The notes under the pieces are model-generated. The model saw only the letters and a program-made list of their open reading frames with translations, ran no database searches and was not told where the DNA came from. Made by a program: the position numbers and the translations under genes. From Candidatus Latescibacterota bacterium (GTDB lineage: Bacteria; Latescibacterota; UBA2968), in NCBI GenBank assembly GCA_965207885.1, contig OZ242311.1, forward strand, positions 1,483,456-1,547,455: a stretch of DNA of 64,000 bases. Reading direction: 5' to 3'. Positions 8,846-17,802 of the stretch are shown here, piece after piece (within the stretch, counting starts at the first letter, position 1; each line of letters begins with the position of its first letter).

Positions 8846-9537
8846 ACTGCCTCTGTGGCGCCGAGAAACATGTATCCTGCGCCGCGAATCGTTCGTATGT
8901 AGCGAGGGTTTTTCGGGTCGTCTTTTAGCTTGTTGCGTATTCTGGATATGAGGACATCAACTGAGCGGTCGAAGGCCTCCCAGTCTATTCCTCGAATATT
9001 CTGCATGATATAGCCTCGACTGAGGACTCTTCCCTGGCTTTGGACGAGCAGAGCCAGCATTTCGAATTCTGTTGTTGTGAGATTCAAGGCGACGCCATCG
9101 AGTGTGGCGGTATATTTCTCCAAGCTAATTTTGAGACTGCCGACGTGGAGAAGGTCTTTCTTGGCCGGCTTGTGCCCTCGTCTGAGGACTGCTTGTATTC
9201 TCGCGACCAGCTCTCTTGCTTCAAATGGCTTGGGTAGGTAGTCGTCTGCTCCGAGTTCGAGTCCGACGACACGATCTGTGATGTCCCCACGGGCCGTGAG
9301 CATAATAATGGGCAGCGTATTTGTTTCTCGGATGGTCTTGCACACCTTGAATCCATCCAATTCTGGTAACATGACATCAAGAATGACCAGGTCGAAGTCG
9401 CTTGTTCCAAGAAGCTCGAGCCCCTTAGACGGGCTGTGCACAGCGGTTATCTGGTAGCCGAAGTCTCCCAAGTAGGTCTCTAAGAGATCGGTGAGTTCTT
9501 GGTCATCATCGATGATTAGTATTGAATCCATTACCAT
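8842..9537 (-). CDS. OmpR/PhoB-family response regulator
   Basis: Receiver domain (ILIIDDD...LDVMLP...) plus a winged-helix output domain (LTTTEFEMLALL...IRTIRGAGYMF). Confidence 0.9.
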   Translation of the reverse strand: MVMDSILIIDDDQELTDLLETYLGDFGYQITAVHSPSKGLELLGTSDFDLVILDVMLPELDGFKVCKTIRETNTLPIIMLTARGDITDRVVGLELGADDYLPKPFEARELVARIQAVLRRGHKPAKKDLLHVGSLKISLEKYTATLDGVALNLTTTEFEMLALLVQSQGRVLSRGYIMQNIRGIDWEAFDRSVDVLISRIRNKLKDDPKNPRYIRTIRGAGYMFLGATEAV

Positions 9538-9600
9538 GAGTCCTATGAGTCCTTGCTTCTGTAAGGGAAAGAAAACCTTGTAGTGTAAATGGATTTTTTC

Positions 9601-9622
9601 TGCTTTGTAACAGATTGTAACC
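9601..9622. promoter_or_regulatory. Direct-repeat box TGTAAC x2 at 10-bp phase upstream of the response-regulator gene
   Basis: CTGCTTTGTAACAGATTGTAAC lies 64-85 nt upstream of the start at 9537. Same core as 7201-7222. Confidence 0.45.
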
Positions 9623-9679
9623 GTGGAGGGGGGTGTTACGGTAGGGTGGGATTCGGTCCAGGTACATCATTTACACATC

Positions 9680-9727
9680 AGTCCGGATTAGCTATACTAA
9701 CGTTTTCATCCGCGAGAAGTTCCCCTC
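9680..9727 (-). repeat. 48-bp dispersed direct repeat, copy 2
   Basis: Minus strand GAGGGGAACTTCTCGCGGATGAAAACGTTAGTATAGCTAATCCGGACT starts 7 nt after the stop of the 9735-10682 gene. Confidence 0.9.
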
Positions 9728-9734
9728 TACATAT

Positions 9735-10682
9735 TCACCGCCGCACCGCCATCAAAACAAATCCAAAAAACACCCAGAAAATTTTCCTGATACGCCGGAT
9801 CAATGCAACGCCCAATCCCAATTCTGGCGTCAACCCCAACAATTGAAAAAGAAACACATGCCCACTCTCAAAAACACCGACACCAGATGGAATAAAGAAA
9901 AACGCCGTGTTTATAATCAACGACAAAGACGTGAGCAAAAAAGCGGTCAAAAAAGATTGTGGCTGTCCCAACAGGCTGAGAATCGCATACACTTCAAAAG
10001 TTCCCAAAACCCAACTCAGCATGTGCAGTGCCATACACAGCCAGAACCCCAGGCGATTCTGCCGGTAAAATGCCGCAATCGTCCGATCAACTTCTTCAAA
10101 CTTTTCACGCTTCGACTCCAAAAAAGAGAGACGCAACTTCTTCAAAACATCCAGCAACCATACAGAAGCCCGTTGGCGCTGAGACATATACGCCGCCACA
10201 ATTCCAACCGTACCCAACACCAGGGCAACCCCCAATCCAATCTGCACCTCTACTGAAAGCGGAAACATGCCCACGGCCAACCCCGTGCCAACCAGCGCGA
10301 AGACCAGGCCACTCACCAGTTCAACCGTCTTATTGATCACCAGAGAGGGTACACCCTGCGTCACAGAAACCCGGTCGCGCAACATATACGCTTTGGCCAC
10401 CTCACCACCCACATGGGAAGCCGGTGTGACATTGCCAATAGCTTCTCCCGATAACTTTGTGCAAAAAAGTGACCAAAAATGCGGACGCTCGCCATTAAAA
10501 CACATCGCCCATGCCCACGTATTGCTCACATGCCAGCCCAATGCAATGAGCAAAACAGGTACATAGCCCCACCCCATCTGCCGCACTTGCGTCCAGGCGG
10601 CGATAATCCCAACCTCGTAAATCAACACCGCCAGCAGCGTTAACCCAATGCCCCACAACATCACCCTGCGCGCAGTTTTCAT
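9735..10682 (-). CDS. Lysylphosphatidylglycerol-synthase-TM-like (flippase-like, UPF0104) membrane protein
   Basis: About 8 TM helices. The N-terminus MKTARRVMLWGIGLTLLAVLIYEVG and overall layout resemble the LPG_synthase_TM family. Assigned from memory of the family. Confidence 0.5.
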   Translation of the reverse strand: MKTARRVMLWGIGLTLLAVLIYEVGIIAAWTQVRQMGWGYVPVLLIALGWHVSNTWAWAMCFNGERPHFWSLFCTKLSGEAIGNVTPASHVGGEVAKAYMLRDRVSVTQGVPSLVINKTVELVSGLVFALVGTGLAVGMFPLSVEVQIGLGVALVLGTVGIVAAYMSQRQRASVWLLDVLKKLRLSFLESKREKFEEVDRTIAAFYRQNRLGFWLCMALHMLSWVLGTFEVYAILSLLGQPQSFLTAFLLTSLSLIINTAFFFIPSGVGVFESGHVFLFQLLGLTPELGLGVALIRRIRKIFWVFFGFVLMAVRR

Positions 10683-10754
10683 TTGCTATCTATCCCAAAA
10701 GAAACGGCGACCAAAATGCGCCGCCGTTCGTCAATAGTGTCTTATAGAACACCG

Positions 10755-12251
10755 TCAATTAACCCGCATAATCACGTGATAGCCCAGAGGGGTTTTGACA
10801 ACCCCACTGACTTCATTGGGTTTGAGCTTCATCACTGCGGCTTCAAAATCCGGATGCAAATCGCCCTTAGAGAAAAACCCCGTACTTCCGCCATTTTCTT
10901 TTGAAGGATCAATAGAATAACTCCTCGCCAAAGCGGCAAAATCTTCTCCGGCTTTGAGCTTGTTCAAAATTTCCTGAGCCTCAATTTCCGTCTTCACCAG
11001 AATATGCCGCACCCGCATCTTGCCCGCCTGAATCGACTTAATAATATCCAGATTGCCCTGTGCATCGCGCAGCGTACTGGCATCCTTGCTTTCGGCCATT
11101 GCCGTTTCATATGCTCTTCTCGCCTTGTCAAAATCTCCCCGAGCCGAATAAATAAACCCCAGATTGTTGTGAACTTCGGCATCTTTGGGATCAATTGCCA
11201 ATACCTTCTCGTAAATCACACCTGCAGAATCGACCTTCTCTTCGCCCAAATACAGCAATGCCAACCGCTTATAGGGCGCAATCCACCTGGGCGCGCGCGA
11301 GATACAGGTCAACAGTTCAGTCTTGCCCTGTGCAATATTGCCCTTAGCCACATAGACTTCTGCCAGCCGAAATCGCACCAAATTGCCATCGGGCGCGCGT
11401 TCCAAAATGCCCAGCATCTCGCCAATACTGGCGTCAAAATTACCCCTGGCTGCGTACAACTGGGCAAGTGCATCGCGCACCTCGAGATCATCCGGAGCGA
11501 GATCGCGCACCTTTTCCCAGGCTGTCTGTGCAATATCCAAAGAATCCACTTCTGCACTCATAAAACCGAGTGCGCGATACACCGACGGATCTTCTGGCGC
11601 AGCCTCAACAGCCTGTCGATATGCCGAAAATGCCTGCTGCGTCATCCCCAGCGCGTGAAAAACCCCGCCCCGATTGACCATCAACATCACATTGTCCGGA
11701 TTGGCAGCAAGGCCGCGGTCCATAACGGCGATAGCACTGAGTGTATCGCCAACCGCAATATGGGTCAGCGCCAGAGATTGATACGCCTCGATAAAATCGG
11801 AACGGCGTTTGAGTGCCGCTTCAAAATCGGCGATAGCTTCTCTGGGCTTGCCCAGATCGCTATTGAGAGATGCGCGTTCTGCCAGAAGCAAAGCGGGTTC
11901 ATCGCTTTGCCCAATACCTCGATCCAGTGCAGAAAGAGCCTGAGAAATTTTGCCCTGCCGAGCAAACACCAGCGCCAGATCGCGATATCCGCGAACAGAA
12001 CCTGGTTTTATCTCCACTACCTTTTGAAAAGCGGCCACCGCAGCGTCCAATTGCCCAGCCTCTGCGTAAAGCGTACCCAAAAAACCGTGCGCTCCCACAC
12101 TATCGGCATGTGCCTCGGCAAAAGCGCGCGCCACCTCGAGGGCATCGTCAATTTTGCCCTCGCTATAATGCGCCTCAATCTCTTTCAAAAAATCCCGCGC
12201 ATCCACAACCGGGGCCTGAAAAAATATCATACCCCATACAAAACACAGCAT
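10755..12251 (-). CDS. TPR-repeat protein with C-terminal PpiC/parvulin peptidyl-prolyl isomerase domain
   Basis: Many 34-aa TPR units. The C-terminus RHILVKTEIEAQEIL...GGSTGFFSKGDL...LGYHVIMRVN is a parvulin rotamase. Start uncertain (12251 ATG or 12311 GTG). Confidence 0.7.
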   Translation of the reverse strand: MLCFVWGMIFFQAPVVDARDFLKEIEAHYSEGKIDDALEVARAFAEAHADSVGAHGFLGTLYAEAGQLDAAVAAFQKVVEIKPGSVRGYRDLALVFARQGKISQALSALDRGIGQSDEPALLLAERASLNSDLGKPREAIADFEAALKRRSDFIEAYQSLALTHIAVGDTLSAIAVMDRGLAANPDNVMLMVNRGGVFHALGMTQQAFSAYRQAVEAAPEDPSVYRALGFMSAEVDSLDIAQTAWEKVRDLAPDDLEVRDALAQLYAARGNFDASIGEMLGILERAPDGNLVRFRLAEVYVAKGNIAQGKTELLTCISRAPRWIAPYKRLALLYLGEEKVDSAGVIYEKVLAIDPKDAEVHNNLGFIYSARGDFDKARRAYETAMAESKDASTLRDAQGNLDIIKSIQAGKMRVRHILVKTEIEAQEILNKLKAGEDFAALARSYSIDPSKENGGSTGFFSKGDLHPDFEAAVMKLKPNEVSGVVKTPLGYHVIMRVN

Positions 12252-12320
12252 CCACCGTTTCAAAACGCAACCTCCATCCTTGACAACAGCAACACAACAC
12301 AATATAATCACTTCTCACCT

Positions 12321-12881
12321 ATGAAAACTTTAAAACAAAACACCGTACCACTCATAGCCTTTCTAATCGCGGGAAGTACAGCGATACTCGCTTACGACCA
12401 CTTGTCCTACGTAATTCCCTATGTGGTCTTTAAGTATCCCATCGCCATTGTCGTACTCTACGCATTTTTTCGGCTCATCGCATTTGCAGAGCGTAGGCGC
12501 AGTGCCCAACTCGACGAAGTGGGCTTGCTTCGGCCTCTGCGCGACGGTGCATTCCTCGTATGCCTGCACGCGCACCTGCGCGACCTCGGCATAGACCTGA
12601 ACCTTTTATCATCGGCATCCAGCATGCACCTCGGCCTGTTATCCTGGGCAGTCGCCCTCATCGGATATTACGCCCTTGAGCAACCCGGAGGACTACCCGG
12701 TCGCACAATCGCTATCCTGTCCTCTTCTGCCACGCGCATCACAGTCTGCCGCGGACTCATCATCTCGGGACTGATAGGCGTAATCGGCACATTCGCGGCA
12801 ATTGTCCAGCCTCTCTGGCTCGGTCTCCCCCTGCTTCTGGTATTCATTCGCGCCTATCTGCGTTCCGGAGACGGATCGTGA
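12321..12881 (+). CDS. Hypothetical integral membrane protein
   Basis: ATG at 12321. This is the only credible part of ORF-track 11004..12881, the rest being antisense to the TPR gene. Four to five hydrophobic helices. GTGA overlap with the EamA gene. Confidence 0.55.
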   Translation: MKTLKQNTVPLIAFLIAGSTAILAYDHLSYVIPYVVFKYPIAIVVLYAFFRLIAFAERRRSAQLDEVGLLRPLRDGAFLVCLHAHLRDLGIDLNLLSSASSMHLGLLSWAVALIGYYALEQPGGLPGRTIAILSSSATRITVCRGLIISGLIGVIGTFAAIVQPLWLGLPLLLVFIRAYLRSGDGS

Positions 12882-13762
12882 ACGTAGAAAATGAACGCCT
12901 CAACACCCGCGCCGCCCTGCTCAACCTCTTGACGGCAATCCTCTGGGGTGGCAATTCCGTATCCATCAAACTCGGGCTTTCTGGTATTCCACCGCTTTGC
13001 CTGGCCGGCATGCGTTTCTTGCTCGGCGGACTCGTCGTCTATATTTGGACGCGCCCCCTGAAGATCGACCTGAAACTCAAATCCAACGAGAGACGAGGCA
13101 TTGTCGGCCTCATTTTTATTTTTCTCGCGCAGATCTACCTGCTCAATGCGGGAACCGATTACACCCTCGCCAGCCGCTCGACCATCTTTATCTCTGCCTA
13201 TCCCTTCTTCACCGCCTCGTTTGCACACATCTTTATACCGGGTGACAAAATCAGCACGCGCAAAATGATCGGCATGGTATTGTCTTTTCTCGGCGTAATA
13301 CTCATCTTTGCCGAAAGCCTATCACTCGGCGAACTTCAACATCTTTTAGGGGACACCCTCGTGCTCGCAAGTGCCGCTCTGCTCGGTGCTCGCCAGGTTT
13401 ATCTCAAGCGCCTCGTCCAGAACATACACCCCGGAAAAGTCTTGATCTGGCAATCCGCCCCCAGCGTACCCATCTTTTTTTTACTCAGCGCACTATTTGA
13501 AACACAGACCATTCAACTCGATATCCGCGTCCTGAGTGCCGTTCTCTATCAGGGTCTCGTCGTCGCGGGATTCTGCTTTATCCTCCTCACCAGCCTGCTA
13601 AAACGCTATTCGGCCAGCCGCCTCTCTGTATTTGGATTCATCACCCCAATTGTCGGTGTCGTCGTCAGCAACCTTCTCCTCGGCGACCCCATCTCACCCG
13701 CCATTCTCCTCAGCCTCGCACTCGTGGGCATCGGCATCACCATTGTCAATACATCACAGTAA
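12878..13762 (+). CDS. EamA/DMT-family transporter
   Basis: Ten predicted TM helices in two EamA-like halves, with the typical LLWGGNSVSIK start. Confidence 0.75.
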   Translation: MNVENERLNTRAALLNLLTAILWGGNSVSIKLGLSGIPPLCLAGMRFLLGGLVVYIWTRPLKIDLKLKSNERRGIVGLIFIFLAQIYLLNAGTDYTLASRSTIFISAYPFFTASFAHIFIPGDKISTRKMIGMVLSFLGVILIFAESLSLGELQHLLGDTLVLASAALLGARQVYLKRLVQNIHPGKVLIWQSAPSVPIFFLLSALFETQTIQLDIRVLSAVLYQGLVVAGFCFILLTSLLKRYSASRLSVFGFITPIVGVVVSNLLLGDPISPAILLSLALVGIGITIVNTSQ

Positions 13763-13850
13763 ACCTCTCCCAAAACAACAGCCTATCAATCTATGCGGTC
13801 TCATTATACGCCGCAAGAAAAAACTGGTTTCAAAACCCAATGTACGCGCT

Positions 13851-15230
13851 CTACTCGAGCCGAATATCTGGCAACTCAAAATCATCGCCCGTATCTTCAA
13901 TCCACTGTGCGAGACGCTCGTGGCATCTCTCCTTCTCCTTCTGAAACGCCCTGTTATAAACGTAATTCGCCTGCTCATACGGATCATCCGCCGTATTGAA
14001 AAGCAACCAATCATTACTTGGCGTACACGCGTATTTCCACCCATCTCGCATCACCACAGCCCGCCACGCCTTGTTCACAGTGTGCGAATGCATCTTTCGG
14101 GGAATCTGCTGCAAATACGCCGAATCGGGTTCTGCATTTCTATTGGGCTTGCCTTTGAACTCGGCGGCATTGCTGGAAATACAGTGACCAGAATAATCGT
14201 GCCCGACCATGCCCTCGGGAACGGGAATACCGCAAAGCCCCAGCGTCGTAGGTGCAATATCGACGTGATTGATCACCGCATCGGTAGATCCCGTATTCAT
14301 ATTAGCACCACCCCCCACCTTGCCGATAATAAACGGAATGCGGATCGACTCTTCCCACGGCGATGATTTGCCCGTCTGCGCGTGGCTCCACAGCATATCG
14401 CCGTGATCGGAAAAGAAAATCACATAAGTCTCCCGATCAACACCCATATCTTTGAGTGCCAGGCGAATCCGCCCCACATTGTAATCCAGATTCTCCACCA
14501 TCGCGTAATAACCCGCGTGATCCAGGGTTGCCCGCTCGCGGATCCGGGGGACAACCGGCACATTGCGCCGAAGCTGAATATCCGACGGATGAATCCGGGA
14601 CGCCCCGCGCTCTGGATTGGTAGGCGGCACAAAGGGATTGTGGGGCGGCTGCACTGAAAGCACGGCAAAAAACGGCTGATAGTCTTCTTCACCACCCACA
14701 TGATCCGCGAGATGGTCCAAAAACAAGGTCGTCAAGCTATCGGTTTCATATCCGTCCAAACGCCGGGGCGTTTCGCCCTCCGAGCCATAAACATAGCACT
14801 CGTTCTGATTGTTATTATTCTCATATCCCATCCAGTACTGAAAATTCCCCCTGCGCTCGGGAGGAACACAGTTCTCCCGCGCATTGGACCCGTCCAAATG
14901 CCACTTGCCCACATAAGCTGTGTGATACCCAGCATCATTAAAAGGTATAGCAACAGTCGGAATCGCCGGATCCAGCGGAGACGGCGTCTGCGTCACCCCA
15001 TTCTGATGCGGATAAGTACCCGTCATTAGCGCGCCGCGAAAAGGCGAGCACCACGGCGCACCGGAAACCGCACAGTCAAAACGCATACCCTCCCGCGCGA
15101 GATTGTCGATATTCGGCGTAAACACATTGGGATCACCCCGATAGCTCAATGCGTGTGCGCGGTGTTGATCCCCAAAAACCCAGATCACATTCGGTTTGCG
15201 TACAGGGCGAAACGAAAATTGTTCACTCAT
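13851..15230 (-). CDS. Sulfatase (formylglycine-dependent)
   Basis: PNVIWVFGDQHR, then CSPFRGALMTG (C-x-P-x-R formylglycine motif), and later FFSDHGDM. Start placed at MSEQFS (15230), 13 nt after the upstream stop; ORF-track start is 15260. Confidence 0.85.
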   Translation of the reverse strand: MSEQFSFRPVRKPNVIWVFGDQHRAHALSYRGDPNVFTPNIDNLAREGMRFDCAVSGAPWCSPFRGALMTGTYPHQNGVTQTPSPLDPAIPTVAIPFNDAGYHTAYVGKWHLDGSNARENCVPPERRGNFQYWMGYENNNNQNECYVYGSEGETPRRLDGYETDSLTTLFLDHLADHVGGEEDYQPFFAVLSVQPPHNPFVPPTNPERGASRIHPSDIQLRRNVPVVPRIRERATLDHAGYYAMVENLDYNVGRIRLALKDMGVDRETYVIFFSDHGDMLWSHAQTGKSSPWEESIRIPFIIGKVGGGANMNTGSTDAVINHVDIAPTTLGLCGIPVPEGMVGHDYSGHCISSNAAEFKGKPNRNAEPDSAYLQQIPRKMHSHTVNKAWRAVVMRDGWKYACTPSNDWLLFNTADDPYEQANYVYNRAFQKEKERCHERLAQWIEDTGDDFELPDIRLE

Positions 15231-15243
15231 AGAAAAAACCTTT

Positions 15244-17790
15244 CTAATGCTCATGTCCATGCCCGTGATCGTGCAGGGGCGTATGATCGTGATAAATACC
15301 GTGCTTGTGCATCTGCTGGTGCAAGCGATTGTGCGCGGCCTCCAGCGTGGCGCGCATCTGTTTCAGACGCCTTGCTTTAGGTCGCGGTGCGAGCGTATCC
15401 AGATAGGCAATTGCCCCTTCGATTTGTTCCAAAACCGTCGTCGCATCCGCCCGTGAAAAAATTGGCCTACCCTCCACAACCACCTGCACGGCACTCGTGT
15501 GGGCGGCAATCTCGCCGTGCTGTCCCTTATAACTCCCGCGCACCCGCAGAGCAATCCACGTCGAATCCTCCACCCGTACCTCCGCACTCCCCGACGCCGA
15601 TAGGCTCTTATCCACATTCACCTGCTCATGCGTCAACCCGCCCACAACGATCTCGACCTGATCAATCGGCAAACGCACCGACGCCACCTCCCACGTCACA
15701 TTGACCGTCCCGCCAGAGGATGGCAACGCCACCCGTGAACCGGGAGTCTTCCCTTCCACCTGAATCTCTGCAAGCGGTCCCACCGTCACAAACGTATGGC
15801 CCGCCTTTGTCGCCGCCATCCAGTTTTCATAGCTAAACTCGCGATTGCCCAAATGCGTATAAGTCCGCACCCCGCCAAGTTGCGAGGCAGCCGCCATCTT
15901 ATCCGACCCGCCCACAACCGGAATGTGGTATCCCAAATTCAAATAGCGATACCAATCGGCAATCCCATAGGGATTGATCTGCGCATTGTGGGGATTAAAC
16001 GTCATCATCTCCATCGCGTGGATCAGACCCAGCACAATATCTGCGGCGCGTTCGCACTGCGGATTTGGGCCGTGCGGCATCACCACCAGACCACCCTGAT
16101 CAATACACTGCTGCGCCCACTCCGCCATCGTGACTTCCTGCGCATCTCCCAGCGCGGATTCCGACGGTCCCCCCGAACACAGCGGATGAATCATAAGCCC
16201 CGAATAGCCCAGCAGCGAAATATGTCCCAGAACCTGCATGCGATTCTCGGTTCCAACGCGCACGAGAAACTCGCCATCCCCACCAAAATCCCGCGCGCCA
16301 AAAGTCGTCTTCCCATCAAAATCCGACACATTGCTGAACATTTCCCCCCACTGGCTCGCCAGCAAATTCACCACATTCACACCCTCGCCCTCACCTTCCA
16401 GAAGCGCGGTTTGCGGACTCAAAAAATGCACATGCGTATCGGCAGTCACCCACCCCTTTTCTCGCCACTTGAGCACGCGATCAATCTCAAACGTAACAAC
16501 ATCAGTATCGGGACCAACCGTAAACTTCTCGCGAATCGGCGCAATCTCATATCCCTTCTGGATATCGACATACACATCGCCCAGAGGCAAGTCTGCCACG
16601 CATTCCCCCGGAATATAACAATACTGATTCAACCCATTGACGTGCTCGCCGTAATTGTCCTCAAACCAGTGCGGATTCACCTTGCGATGATACCCCTTGG
16701 GCGGCAAATACTCCCCGGCCTCGCCGTGCATGTGCAACCGCACAGCAACCGGCGTTTCTGTCCCTCTCTCCACCACCCGAATTGCGACCGGACGATGTGT
16801 AGACTGCACCTCGACAATCTGTCTTGCACCTGCCAGATCGTAAGCCTGCGCCTCCCCATCCCCCTCCACATAAAGCTTCCCCTGCGGGTGTGCGATATAC
16901 TCGACAACCACCGCAGAAGAAGACCGTTCGGGCTGCACATCCACCTCCGCGCTCAACCAGCGTTCCGCATCGTAATCCAGCACAGCCCGCGCAGACATCA
17001 CCACACCCAGATCAATATCGATATTCTCAAGCTCGCCATTCCCGTTCAACTGCGCGCCCTCGGGCAATTCCAACTTCAATTTTTGGCGCACACCCGGTCG
17101 CAGCGGATGATCTGCGACCTGTGTATGCGTGATCCCCAGCACCAGCGACCGCTCGTTCCTGGGGACCAGTGTCAGATGCCCAATGGACTTTTCCGGATTG
17201 GGATTGGGCAACGCATACACCCACAACTTTGCCTGTCCACCATCTCGTCCCGAACTGTGCCGCGTCTCCGCGCGACCATAAGCCGATGCAGGACGCCGTC
17301 CCAAACCGTGTTCGTCCGTAGCCCCCATCACAACACCGGGTTTCGCCGCAGGCATCGCTGCAAACGCACTTGCCCCCCACCCAATACGAGACTGTTGAAT
17401 CGCAAACCGGCGCAAAATGCGCGTCGCTTCGGACTCGCCATCTGCATATTCCAGCACATAATCCGACACATGATCGCCGAGATCATTACCATCCATAGCA
17501 AAATCGGCCAGCCCTTCCTGATAATTACTCACGCGATTCTCGACCCCGTGCAAAAACACCACATAGCTCGCCTTCACACCGCCCATATCAACGCGCACAA
17601 CACCGCTATCGAGCAATATACTGTTCGGTTTGCCTGGCGCACCCAGATCAAATGGCAGACCCAGAACAGATTGCCTACCATACATCGCACCCAAATCTTC
17701 GCCACCAAAACCATCCAATTGCACGCGATCCACATTGTAATTTTCCGCCAGCGAAACAGGCGTAAAATGTTCAGATGGGGGAATAGTCAT
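15244..17790 (-). CDS. Large hypothetical protein with PHP/amidohydrolase-like metal-hydrolase region and His-rich C-terminus
   Basis: ADTHVHFLSP...GHISLLGY...VVMPHGPNP...VVGGSDKM resembles CehA/McbA or PHP-type metal sites. The C-terminus is HKHGIYHDHTPLHDHGHGHEH. GAGGTG lies 5 nt before ATG 17790. Confidence 0.45.
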   Translation of the reverse strand: MTIPPSEHFTPVSLAENYNVDRVQLDGFGGEDLGAMYGRQSVLGLPFDLGAPGKPNSILLDSGVVRVDMGGVKASYVVFLHGVENRVSNYQEGLADFAMDGNDLGDHVSDYVLEYADGESEATRILRRFAIQQSRIGWGASAFAAMPAAKPGVVMGATDEHGLGRRPASAYGRAETRHSSGRDGGQAKLWVYALPNPNPEKSIGHLTLVPRNERSLVLGITHTQVADHPLRPGVRQKLKLELPEGAQLNGNGELENIDIDLGVVMSARAVLDYDAERWLSAEVDVQPERSSSAVVVEYIAHPQGKLYVEGDGEAQAYDLAGARQIVEVQSTHRPVAIRVVERGTETPVAVRLHMHGEAGEYLPPKGYHRKVNPHWFEDNYGEHVNGLNQYCYIPGECVADLPLGDVYVDIQKGYEIAPIREKFTVGPDTDVVTFEIDRVLKWREKGWVTADTHVHFLSPQTALLEGEGEGVNVVNLLASQWGEMFSNVSDFDGKTTFGARDFGGDGEFLVRVGTENRMQVLGHISLLGYSGLMIHPLCSGGPSESALGDAQEVTMAEWAQQCIDQGGLVVMPHGPNPQCERAADIVLGLIHAMEMMTFNPHNAQINPYGIADWYRYLNLGYHIPVVGGSDKMAAASQLGGVRTYTHLGNREFSYENWMAATKAGHTFVTVGPLAEIQVEGKTPGSRVALPSSGGTVNVTWEVASVRLPIDQVEIVVGGLTHEQVNVDKSLSASGSAEVRVEDSTWIALRVRGSYKGQHGEIAAHTSAVQVVVEGRPIFSRADATTVLEQIEGAIAYLDTLAPRPKARRLKQMRATLEAAHNRLHQQMHKHGIYHDHTPLHDHGHGHEH

Positions 17791-17802
17791 AATGCACCTC
17801 AT

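Noticed and set aside
11004-12320. First ~440 codons of the 625-aa plus-strand ORF 11004..12881.
   Set aside because: It is antisense to the well-supported TPR/parvulin gene and low-complexity (R/H/I/Q/P-rich), with no motif. Only the 3' part from ATG 12321 looks like a real membrane protein.
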